Part shown: piece by piece, positions 52,457 to 64,000 of the stretch
Position numbering within the stretch: position 1 is the first letter of the stretch
Layout of the letters: the number at the start of each line of letters is the position of its first letter
NCBI GenBank assembly: GCA_026026165.1
Contig: JAPEUD010000023.1
Coordinates: 1-64,000 of the forward strand
Direction of reading: 5' to 3'
DNA from: Sarea resinae
Lineage: Eukaryota
DNA: 64,000 bases
Translations under genes and position numbers: made by a program
Notes under the pieces: model-generated
The model's database searches: none
What the model saw: the letters and a program-made list of their open reading frames with translations, nothing else
What the model was told of the DNA's origin: nothing

Positions 52457-54486
52457 ATGGCGACCGTGTCACAAAAAGTTCTGAATTGGCTGTATAGCGT
52501 CCTGACCAGCGTACGTCTTGAAGTGCGAATTGGGGGTTATATATCTGCGACTCAAGACACTGATTGTGTGCTACATTAGGAGTATTCCGACATCAACCGC
52601 ACATACTCGGACGTTGCTCAAACACTTTCTAATTATCCTTCTCTTCTGCCAAGGACAGATGTCTACAGTGATTCCACCGTCACCTGTTTCTGTGCCATTC
52701 ATCTGACCATCGACTTCCCTATAGCTTACGAGCACGGTGCACCCGCCCTTCTTCTGCTCCTCAGTGGCACGATACCAGTCACATTTCGGGGCACGGTCTA
52801 CAAATTCCCGATAGCAATATGGATTCCCCACGCATATCCGAGGGAACCGCCCATGGTTTTTGTTACACCCACGACGGGTATGGCCGTTCGACCAGGACAA
52901 CACGTTAGTATAGAAGGGAGGATATACCACCCATATCTGGCGCAATGGGCCGAACTCTGGGATGTAGGTTGTCATATGTTCTTTTGGGGTGTTCCTTTGA
53001 GCTATGATATCTTCTTCTCGAAAATCTGCCTAGACACGGCTAGACGCCGTAATAGTTTGTACAGCCCCGAAAAGAAGAGTATCGATAGCAACTTGTGTAC
53101 TGGCCGATATTGTGGAATTCCAGTATAGAAATCTGCGCTAACAATACCCGATCCAGAGATCAAACCTTCGCGATTTCCTCGCTGTTCTCCGGGAAGTTTT
53201 CACCAGGGAGCCTCCCGTGGTGTCTAAACGCCATATCAATGAGAGCCAACACCCGGCAAATCAATCCGTGTCAATTGCTGCCCCTCCTCTGCCACCCCTA
53301 CCACCAGGAATAGGGACACCCCCTAGCCGCTCTTCGCACAAAGGATCTACGTTTAGCTCCTCGCCAGTACCACCACCGCCTCCGCCGAAGCCTTTCGATA
53401 GTCCAAGCGGATCTTTTGCAACGTCTATAACGCCAATTCCACCTCCTGTACCTCCTCTCCCGAATGGTCCTAGCAACGATCATAGGCCAGAACAAGAATC
53501 ATACGTCAAGGTAAATGCCCACACGACAAATCCAGCAATGCACCATATTCCTCGACGGTCTAGTAGCTTGAGGCACGGGAGCGATCCAACTACTGTTCAA
53601 GCTCCTGAGCGGTCGGATATTTGGACCAGAAGTCCTGTGGGTCCAGTATCACCCGTGAATCAGCATCAGAGACAATACGATGCCCCGCAGCCGTATCGCT
53701 TGCAGTACGGTCTTCGCAATCCACCCACGCCAGGTACTGCTGTGAACCGTGGCTACCAACAAGCACATTCATTCGCCTTACCTCAAACTCAACAACAGCT
53801 GACTATGCCGAGAAACTCACCAAAACCAGCTGAGGATCTCCTATCCTCTCCTTTGAGCATTCCTATGGCTTCTCAAGATAAGGATGGGAGCTTGCCGGCT
53901 CCACCAATCCCACCGAATCCTGAAAAGGATGCTCTTCTCGCAGCTCTTTCGTCAACTCTGCGTCAACATATTTCCCAAAGCATTGGACAAGCCCAGTCTG
54001 TTATCCCTTCCCTGGAAATCCAAGAGGACGCGCTTCGGCAGGCGTCTCAGAACATGCAGGCCGAGATGAGTGCATTGCAGTCCTTAGATTCTATGCTCTT
54101 GCATAACGAGAAGATCCTGCATGGCTCCATGCATGAGGCTGATCATGTCATATCCTCAGCCGGCACACGCTCGGCGCCTGGCGTTGACGAGGTATTAGTT
54201 GCTCCCACAATTGTTGGTGGGCAACTATATGAACTGTGCGCAGAGGAAGGAGCATTGGCCGACGCAATGTTCGTGCTTGGGAGAGGCTTGGATAGAGGAC
54301 GAGTCCCTTGCGAGACATTTGTGAAGGTACGTTCCACCTGGTAGCGCTTCAGACGTTGGAAAAAGAAGCTGATATTTCACGGATACACAGCAAACCAGAA
54401 GCCTAGCCCGAGAACAGTTCCTCAAAAAGGCTCTCATCAAGAAAATCAGTCAAGGAATGGGCCTCGTGGAGACAACGCAGCGATGA
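52457..54486 (+). CDS. VPS23: ESCRT-I subunit Vps23/Stp22 (TSG101)
   Basis: Exons 52457-52510, 52580-52667, 52725-52963, 53157-54326 and 54391-54486. UEV domain (PRTDVY, GTIPVTFRG, IWIPHAYPREPP, EGRIYHPYL), Pro-rich linker, coiled coil and steadiness box (FVK|QTRSLAREQFLKKALI). Confidence 0.93.
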
Positions 54487-57400
54487 TATCGTGGCCGCTG
54501 ACTAAGAACAGCATACATAGCATGCTTCCATTAATCTCTTTGCACTATCGTCATTTCATCATCACTCGATAGGAATACCCATTTGTACGATAGCTGTCAA
54601 TGATTGTCATATAATTCTTTACCACGCGCTATACGTAATAGACATGAATGATCTAGAAAGTGCTTGTTCGAGTACACTACTGCTTCGAGAGCAAATGACT
54701 TGTTTAGCCGTTCTACTCTATCATTCGATGGTTGAAGACGAGCAGATAGAGGTATATTACGAGTAGGGTCAGGACAAGTCAATGCTCGCCTACCTTCGCG
54801 ACCCCATTTATTTATTTATACAAGGTCCTGAATCTAGTATAGGTAATAAGCACGCAAGAGAAGCTATAACGATCGTCCGAAGCTATCGCCTGGAGTTTAA
54901 TTGGTTGCATCCTTCCTCGGGCCGGTGGAAATGGACTTTCACCTTTCAAATCTCAAGATGGAAGTTGGAACCTGTTCGCCGGAGAGGCGCGCATATCGTA
55001 CGATATTCTCGACTCCGGGCTGTTATGACGACTATAAAAGCGGGTGGTGGGGAGAATGCTTTGCGGGTGAAAGATGAAACAACTGATATACAGATGATCG
55101 GACTCATAGGATAGGAGATACCGAGTGTCTCCGAAGTTGATGCGCATAGTCATGGGCCATGACTTCTTTAAGTTCCTAAAGGAAGGGAGCGGGAAGGAGC
55201 CCGCTGGCTAATCGTTAGATGATACGTGATGGATGCGATGCAAATTGTCTGGTCGGCCAGATTAATGCGCAGTACATAGTAGATGCGAATACCGAGGACC
55301 CGGACAAGACGAGAGCCATCAGCGCCCGCATGGCTTTTCAGGTACCAAGCATCTCAGCCATAGCCATCAGCGAGGGTCGCGACCGACGTGGGGCTCCATC
55401 CGAACAAATGGCGCAGCCAACGCTGCTGGTTTGCAACGGCGTTGCACAGGAGAACGAGACTGCATGCAGTCCGAACACCACTGTGGAACGAGTTGCAAGC
55501 AAGAGCCTAGCCCTGGAGCAGCATTGTTGCACCAATGACAGAGGATTGATCCGCTTTTGTGCTGCTATTGCTGCGCTTCAATCCACAAAGACTTGCGCGA
55601 AATTGATGCAATGCACGTCTGTCTGACCGAACCCAGGGGCCGGAAAGGAAATTGAAGGCGCAAGAGGTTGTCTTGACTTCAATTCGCTGCTCGGAAGTTT
55701 ACTTCCTGTGTCTTTAGTCCCCATTTTAAGTCGTATCAAATCATATTTCCCCTTCCTATGATTTTTACTCCCCAAAGGTATGCTAGTTATGCTGGACGAG
55801 AAAGTAACAAGGGTCATATCGCTCTTTCAGGCTACCGGGTCTAGTGAGGAATTGATTGCGCGCGCTAGGTAGGCAGGGACGAACGCTTTCGGCTTCTTCG
55901 AGTACTCTCGATGTACAGTTACTCTTGTGTGCGGCTTCTATGATATGATTAAGGCGTATCGCTACCCCTTGTCAATCTGCAAGTACTTCTAGTACTATTG
56001 TGTGGTACTTTGTCTTTCGCACACGAAAACCTCAGGACCTAAGTACCAACAGCATTGGAAAGCAGGCATTCGCTACTTCCAAGCACTCGAGAATTGCCCA
56101 GTACGAGTATTGCCTACTCTAAAATGCCCCGCATTTTGACTAAAGTATCGATTGGGATGCACTCCATGGATCAAGGTAGTTGGGTGGATGATGATTGCAA
56201 GATGGATCGAGATACCAGGGCATGAACGAACTACGTACCTACCTGTGGTAGCACTCTCGAAGATGCCACCTGGAAGACGCCACCCTTGAACATCCGGTAG
56301 CACGGTTGAGTACGAGTAGAGGCAGAGTCTACTACTGACTCATCATTCGAAGACATTTCATTCATTGTTTCCGACAGAATGATCAGGTCACTTCCATATG
56401 GATCGACATCGAGATTCTCTGATGCGCGCGTCATGGATGATGTGAGGACTCCCGTCGGCACCTTGAGGTAGTTGTGGAAGATCAGTACTCGTAGCTCGGT
56501 GGGTCAATTGATTGATAAGTGACGATTTATGATTATCTTGGATCATCAACACGAGTCGCAATGCTCATCTCATGATCAAAGAGGGAGGTAGTATGTATTG
56601 CTTCAACGTCGAGCTTGCTTGATTGCCACTACCCAGCCCTGAAAATCATCATCCCGACTCCGCTTGTCAATCTGTTGGATTGGATATCAACGGGTCTCGT
56701 CATCTCTGACCCTCTGACGCCACGATCCATTGCCCTCGCTCCATTTGATCCTTACGGTCGTAGGTGCGGTAGACCCTCTTCCCTTACCTCATTATCGTCA
56801 AATCATCATAATCACCCTCCCCCTCCAGATCTTCCACTATTATTATTTAGATCTTCCTTCACTACTACTTTACCCGCCCATGACATTTCCGCGCCCGGCC
56901 ACTTCTCTAGTCGCTACCACTTGAGACTTCTCATCCCGACCTCCGGCCACGGCCCCCCTCCCCCTCTCCCCCCTCCCTATCCCTAGGAGTTATGTTTGCA
57001 GTCGCTACAGCAGTGTACAATGGATACAAGATGTCCGACTCTTTACCTACCTTACTTACAGTACGGAGTACTCGTACTTCAATCACGACTTGGGAATCCT
57101 TGAGGCTAACGCGGGACATGACGATGGACTTGAATACGCGGCTGATGCTAGCCCTACTACTTTGCTAATACTAATGCAATACGACTATTACTGCTACTAC
57201 CCCGAAGCCCAGGAAAGGTACCTACCTTAGGAAGGTAGGTGATGGTGCTTTCGGCTAGATCCTTAGGTCTTCCGGAGATGCTTTCTCAGCCAACTTGAAC
57301 GCTTTTTCTTCTGCCGGCACTAACAACTAAGCACGAGGGCAAGCCCAGAATTTGCTGGAGGCTCGGCCTCCCGTTTTCTCCGTCTCATCCGTTCATCCAT

Positions 57401-57717
57401 AGTTCGCCTCTCCACCTTTCTGAATCATATATGTGCCGTCGCGCTCAGGTTGCTAGTAGACCAGCGCTTCTTCTTATGTGAACACTGTAGATTTCTCTCT
57501 CCCACTCCATTCTCTCCCACTCTCTCTCTTGTCAGCATATACTCTTAGATCATAATTTCTGTTCCGACCGTTCTCTCATTAATTTGACGAGAACCCACCC
57601 ATCGCGGAATTATACTTCTTCGTCTGCGTTCTCACGCACGGGCTTGACGAGGTTTGAACATCATCAAATAATCTACATAACCCTGGCGCAACAAAGACGT
57701 CTACGTTTTACGCCAGG

Positions 57718-59250
57718 ATGATCCCGTCGATTCCAAAGCTCGAGAATTACGAAATCTCCCCTCAAAATGGCTTTCTGCCTTCCGCGCCACCGCTCGAGAT
57801 CCTCCCTGATTCTTATTATACAAAATGGGAAGCCATAGTGGCAAACCTTCAGGCTCTGCTGTTGAGCAGGAGATTGCGGGGCGTGATAGACAAGTTGCCA
57901 ATATTATCGACTTCCAAGCTCCAGCATGAAGCTGAATGGCGGAGAGCATATCAAGTCTTGTCTTTAATGACCCATGGATACATTTGGGGTGGCGAGAGAC
58001 CTTTGGAGGTAAGAAGCTTAGCGAATTGAGTGGCCCTTTCCATTGCTGACGATGCATGACAGAGAGTCCCTCCATGTATATCAATTCCTCTCCTGTCGAC
58101 GTGTGAGCATCTCGAATTACCGCCTGTGGCGACGTACGCCGGTCTTGTCCTATGGAATTGGAAGCCCCTCTTCACGGAAGAACCTAGCATCTGTCTAGAG
58201 AACCTCTCGACCCTGAATACCTTTACTGGCTCTCTGGACGAGTCTTGGTTTTTCCTCATTTCTGTGGCTATTGAAGCTCGTAGTGCCGACTTGATACCCT
58301 TGATGCTCGATGCCATAGCTGCTGTACGGGCTGACGACAGTAACACGGTGATAGACCATTTGCACACGTTCGCTGAGCGACTTGATCAGCTAGGTCCCTT
58401 GTTGCAGCGCATCTATGAGAATTGCGATCCTTACGTGTTCTATCATCGTATCCGGCCATTCTTGGCTGGAAGTAAGAACATGGCGGATGCGGGGCTTCCC
58501 AACGGCGTCATATTCGACACTGGACGCGGGAATGAGACCTATTGCCAGTACAGTGGAGGCAGCAATGCACAAAGCTCAATCATACAATTCTTTGACCTGG
58601 TCCTTGGAATCCAGCACCGGCCTACTGGCGAGAAACGGTCAGAGAACTCAGAAGCTAAAGGGGCCCCGATACCTTCATCGCCCTCCCACAACTTTATCCA
58701 GGAGATGCGCAAATACATGCCCGGTCCACATCGACGATTTTTGGAGCACGTGTCGAGTGTTGCGAATATTCGAGCCTACGTCGAGTCAAATCGCTCCAAT
58801 CGTGCTCTCAGCATTGCTTATGATGCTTGTCTGGCAATGCTTCGCGTCTTCAGGGATAAGCACATCCAGGTGGTGTCACGATATATCATCATCAAGTCCC
58901 GAGAGGCAAAAAATGGGTCCAGCACGGCTTCATCAGAAGGCAAGGAAGGCCGTACGGCTATCAATCTCGCCTCCACGTATTCTCACAGGGATGGTCAGTC
59001 AAGGATCAAGAATCTCAGGGGAACGGGAGGTACGGCTCTGATTCCATTTTTGAAGCAAGCGAGAGAAGAGACCGGTGAGCCGGCGATTGACGCGTGGGCT
59101 AAGAGATTATTGAGCAATGGCCCTGCCGATGTCAATGCCTTTGCCACTCTTGGAAAAGTGGACGAGCATGCCAACGGGCAGATGGAGATTGTCGGACTTG
59201 CTGGGACATGGGCGAGTGACGACAGCGAAGGTGGCATTTGCCACTGGTGA
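57718..59250 (+). CDS. BNA2: Indoleamine 2,3-dioxygenase (IdoA/Bna2-type)
   Basis: Exons 57718-58008 and 58063-59250. Motifs NGFLP, HGYIWG, PPVATYAGLVLWN, DESWFFLISV, YSGGSNAQSS, MRKYMPGPH, FRDKHIQVVSRYII and GTGGTALIPFLKQ. Confidence 0.93.
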
Positions 59251-61268
59251 TGAGGGGAATCCAATCGTTCAACAGAGGGGTCTTATGCGGGAGGGCGTCG
59301 AATCATGAAAATCAAAGTGTTACTTTGTTCTCGTTGTCGCATGGCACCGTTCAAGAGCATCAAGGCGCTAGTTGTATTATTGCATGCGACAGGTGGGACT
59401 CGGAGATATGAGAGCTCGACGTATGATACTATGTAGGCCTTGTCAGCCCGTTGTCACAAATATCGGAAAACACAAACACATATAAGTCCGTGCTTTTCGG
59501 ACATACTTACCTAGGTAGCCTTCATCAGCGAGCGAAGGTAGCCAGGTAGTCTTGTGTGACGGCACTTAGTCTCACCATAATCTGAGAGGATGGATGCTTT
59601 GAGGATTACTACACCCGAAGGAGTCTCCTTATTGTAAAAGGCTGGGATATCGGCTCCGCAGGGCCTTCCTCAGGCCTCATTTCTAAGTCTGAAGATCTTG
59701 TCGTTTCCACAGCGTTTTTAGGGCCATTACGGGCTCGATCCGTGGTGTCCTCGTTTGTGAAATATCAATGTGTACTCATTCTTGACCCCCGAAGCTGCAT
59801 CTAGACCCGTCGGATAGGGGGGGGAGGCGGGCTTGCTGTCGCCTCTGGTGTCCGTCCAGTCCTGACCTGTCCTGTCCTGTCCTGCGCAATCAACGTGGTT
59901 TATCAGTGCCAAGAGTAGGAAAGTACATGGGCCTAAGGTGTGCAGTCTGCACGCATGCGTATAGAGTAGGTATCCAATGTGGCTTACGCATGAGCATGAG
60001 CAGGCGCATGAGCATGAGCATAACCATAACTATACGCATAAGAGCAGGAATTGGACATTATTGGCACACGAAGATGGGATTAAATGTATGGAGCATGTAC
60101 GGAGTAAGGTATGCATTTCCTGCTATCCGTGCCGTGCGTCAACAGCCGCGATCGTCATTACCGTTAGCGCGTCACACCCATTGCGATAGCTAATACGGCT
60201 ATTATTGTCTCTTTGTCTTTTGCCACGCATTTCACATTTCACAATTTCGTCACATTATTATCCATTCATTCTCCTCTCCCCTGTCTCGATCCCTCAGTTT
60301 CTCTATGTCTCGGGGAAGCGAAAGAATAAAAGGAATCAATAGACACAATGAGATAAGCGCCCATCGGGCGTATAGGGCTTATAGGGCTTATAGGCTTCAT
60401 AGACTTATATTAGATAGTGTCCTACCATGTCGTAGGTCAGACCCTGACCGGAGGCGTGGGCGACGGCGGTGATGGCGGCCGCCACGGCGCTGCGGCGTTC
60501 CCGATCACGGAATGAACTTCTATGATACTCTCGAGACTTACTCATGACACTGTTCCAACCATCACGTTTTGAATTTTGTACAGGAATTGCTGGCGTTAAG
60601 GTGCCTTTGGCCTGGCTGTTCTCTTGGGGGTCCTCACCCCCCTAAAATTTGACTAGCTTCCGCGGCGCCCGTCTCGCTCGTCATAGCTTCCTTTCAATTT
60701 CTCTCCTGGCATTCCTCCCCCTCTCTCTCAGTCCGTGGCCGCAGCTTGCAGCAACCGGCAGCAGCTGGCACATGGCATATCTCGAGAGGCGTCACACCGA
60801 GACCGATCGACGGTAAGGGGTTGATCAATGGCCACGCGGTATTTCCCAATAATGATCTCCCTCTCGCGTGGACCGCGCACAGAGCCGATCTGCGACTTAA
60901 GGAGCTGTGCGATACATCACACCGGAGGGGAAGATTTTCGGAATTTCTGATTTCTCTTGTTTGGGTTATTCGACCGCGATGTCATCCATGCGGGCACCCT
61001 TAGGGCGTTGTAACGCTGTCTCGTTGAGTGTATGATCTTTGCCGCAGCACACGTGATAGCTGACTGGAGTTTTACTCCGCTCTGTTGTCTTTTCTTATCA
61101 CAAATACGATTCCGTGTTTTTCTCATGTTTTCTCGGGTCCGGGAATGGGTATTACTCGCGTGGACGGCGCGCGAGACAGGGCTATGAGCAGAATGCTAAC
61201 AGACACCCTAGTATGAAACAGCAGGCAAGCGTGGGGCGTGGGGCGTTGGGGGCGTGGATCATTCATCT

Positions 61269-61309
61269 AGCAGCAGCAGCAGCAGCAGCAGCAGCATCAG
61301 CAGCATCAG
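61269..61309. repeat. (AGC)n microsatellite, interrupted
   Basis: Directly visible AGCAGCAGC run in the IDO/pathogen-related intergenic region. Confidence 0.9.
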
Positions 61310-62549
61310 GGCTGGCACATGGCTAGCCGAGTCTTCCTGGCGATCACATCGCGATTCACGTCCTCGGCCGATGCGGGGAGGACATCTCCCTTGCATCGCG
61401 ACTGCGGACAAGTTCCTCTCCGACCTACGACCGTCGGCCGCGTCTAGGAAGAGTTTTCCCCATGCCTCCTGCTGCCCTTCTTCCATATTCGCTGCAAGAG
61501 CAACCGTCGGTCATATCTCCACAAGTCTCAAACTTCAAGTCGTACAGACGCTCCTCTCCTGATGTCATTTAATGCGCATTTGCTCGGTTCCCAAGCCACG
61601 GAGATGAGGAGGAAGAATTTCAGACCTCCCTTCTAAGCCTGTTGTGCTACCCAGATCCGAAGTCCCGTACCGGGGTGAAAACCACATGGCAACGCTGCAG
61701 AACCGGGCACTTCTCGACGAGCCAGGGTCCTCCACTGTCTTCTGTGCGTTGACAGTGGACCCTCTAGGCCCGTAGTGGTCTCGTAACAAATGCGATGGTC
61801 TAGGCCGCATTTTACCTGAGCGGAAGTAATCTCATTGAGCTCGCCATTATCCACCACCACCACCCCGCCCCCGGCTCATACCTAATGAGAGCCAAGCGGC
61901 GGCCGGAGGCTGAGAGGCTACTAGTCGGCTCCGAGCGAGTCTGTCATATCCCTCTGATTGGAGGATCGTTGCAGAGTGCTGGTTCACGGGTCAAGGGGCT
62001 CTATTGGTCTGATCTAGTGATACGAGATCTCAATGCTCATGCCCATACCCGTATGGAGGATACGTGCAGGAGGCACGCAGGACAGGATGTGGCCTGGAAG
62101 CAGAAGCGAGGAATGAATCAAGGGATGGACTGGGACCTCAGAAGCAGGGCGGATCAAATATTGAATTCCCCGAATGTCGTGGTCCCCACATGGACAATAA
62201 GATTGGCGAGACATCTAAACCATGTTGTCCATGAGTGGCGCTTTAAAGATATTTAAAGTGCTTCATGCTCCCTTGGTTCGCTCTTTCTTCGTGACCATAT
62301 CACAGATTGGTTCTTTGTCCTCCGTTGTGAGCAATATATCGAGCTTTCCACGTCTTAGGGGCAATCTGAGCACACTTGAACTCCTCGCTGCGACTCTCTT
62401 GCCGTCCCTTACTTCTTCCGAAACACGCGCACCTAATACCCAACTGAGAACCACGACTTGCGAGCATACCTACCTTACTTGACCTTATCCTACAATCCTA
62501 TCAATTCTGGAAGAGATCTTGATCAACCAACTTCTACTCTCGCTCTACG

Positions 62550-64000
62550 ATGGCTGCAGCAGACGTCCAGTCCGCCCCGGTGGACGAGCAAGCTCCGGCT
62601 GTGCCAGATTATCTGTCCAGTCCAAATGCTGTCCTGGGGGACACCGCTGATTGGCGCTATGGGAGAGCCCCCAATTACTCCAACACTCGAGCTGTCTATG
62701 AGCGAAGTAAGCTTTTCGCATTCCACCAAACAATCGAAATGCTAGCACACAATGCTAATATACCGAACAGCTAAGCGTATGTCCCATCAGGCCGGCAGCC
62801 TTCCCCAGCTGGTCGAGAACCTTGTCAAGAATTGGGAGATCGAAGCTTCGTTCAAGAAAAATCTCTCGGATTGGCGTACCGTGGACCACGATAAATACAC
62901 GTTCGCTGTCAATGGTGGTGTGCCTCAATCTGCACAACATATGCTGAATGTCGGTACCTACAACGCCGTTCTTTCGCCAAATCAGTATTACAGTCCAGAA
63001 CACTCAGATTTTGCAAAAAGCCACAAGACATTCAAGCGCATGATGCCAACGTTTCCTTGGGAGGTCATGGAAGTGTATAGCGGACCTCCGAAGGTGGCTT
63101 TCAAGTGGAGACACTGGGGAACCATGAAGAATGACTATGTCAGCTTTAATGAGTTGGTTTTTACCTAGTTGAGAAACCTCGGGGCCCATACTGATGATTC
63201 TTTGATAGCGTTGGTGAGAAGGTCACGGTCAAGGCGCACGGTGGGCCAATCGACATCGAAGGCATCACAATTGCCCAAGTCGACGACCAAACCCGTCTCC
63301 AAGCCATTGAGACCTGGTTTGACCCCATGGAAATGTTTCGCCAAATTGCTCCCAACGGCATCATCAACAAAACCGTTGTTCCCGTCAACTCGTCACAGGA
63401 TGACACCCCAGCTGAGACGGCACAAGAGGCCAAGGAGGCAGAAACCCAGTCCCTAGAAACGATGGGAACAGCTGTACCTGTCGACAAACCCATGGCTGTG
63501 GAACCAACGACGATTACTGACGACGTGGCCAATGACACGACGACTGACGCCACTGCGAATAGTACCACTATTAAACCGACTGACGCCGAAGTCAGCAAGG
63601 CCGGTGCCGGAGTACTTGACGGAAACGACGCTGACGCGGCGGCTGCGGCTATCGCTGCTCGCAGTGCTGCCTCTGGGAATGATATGACCATGGCAGACGC
63701 AATTACAGATGCTATTGGACACGGTTACGTGCTTGTTCCTCCGACGACGAACAATGGCTCTACTAGCACCACAGCAGTGGGAGATGTCAGTACCGAAATC
63801 GGCGGAAATACCACAGCACCAGCAGAAACCATCATCACGGCCACAGCTGCAGCGAACAAGGAGCTCGTCTCACATCCTGAGGAGAATGCTCATATTGCCG
63901 ATGCCGGCTCTTCAGAAACCCCTTCAGAGGAAACACTGAGCGTAGGTGCTCCAGGAGAACATGTCATGCCAGGGCCTGGCTCTGCTGTCGTGGCCAAACC
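62550..64000 (+). CDS. Pathogen-related protein family member (SnoaL/NTF2-like fold inferred) with a long acidic Thr/Ala-rich extension; truncated by the window end
   Basis: Exons 62550-62706, 62771-63152 and 63209->64000. Motifs PDYLSSPNAVLGD..WRYGRAPNY, LVENLVKNWEIEASFK, GTYNA, SHKTFKRMMPTFPWEVMEVYSGPPKVAFKWRHWG and ETWFDPMEMFRQI. Confidence 0.85.

Noticed and set aside
36188..59250. NAD/kynurenine gene cluster (NNT1 'nicotinamide N-methyltransferase' plus IDO)
   Set aside because: Nnt1/Efm7 is an eEF1A protein methyltransferase, and the genes are 20 kb apart with unrelated housekeeping genes between them.
39071..63691. Long antisense or alternate-frame ORFs (e.g. 39071-39685, 40064-40645, 58415-59041, 63161-63691)
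   Set aside because: They overlap well-supported genes and have no recognisable motifs, so they are most likely shadow ORFs.

Overview
Genomic DNA from a filamentous ascomycete (Pezizomycotina; inferred from short GT-AG introns with CTRAC branch points, RIP-type mutation and gene content). Positions 1-~16190 are an AT-rich block with a RIP signature and no long ORFs. It holds nested, dead mobile elements: a Ty3/Gypsy gag-pol with its LTR, two intron-bearing gene relics next to arrays of GTGTYRACAC palindromes (possibly a large CACTA/CMC-like DNA transposon), a Ty1/Copia fragment and several LTR copies. The block ends abruptly a few bases after the URB2 stop codon. The remaining ~48 kb is ordinary intron-containing euchromatin. 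Its genes are URB2, MIC10, an Smr-domain protein ending in a CaaX box, USE1, a C2H2 transcription factor, KTI12, EFM7/NNT1, a copper-fist transcription factor, a group I G-alpha, RVS167, NFS1, VPS23, indoleamine 2,3-dioxygenase and a pathogen-related protein cut off by the window end. The best hidden feature is a candidate box C/D snoRNA in the last NFS1 intron whose guide fits U6 snRNA. All gene models and motifs were read by eye; no database searches or computations were run.
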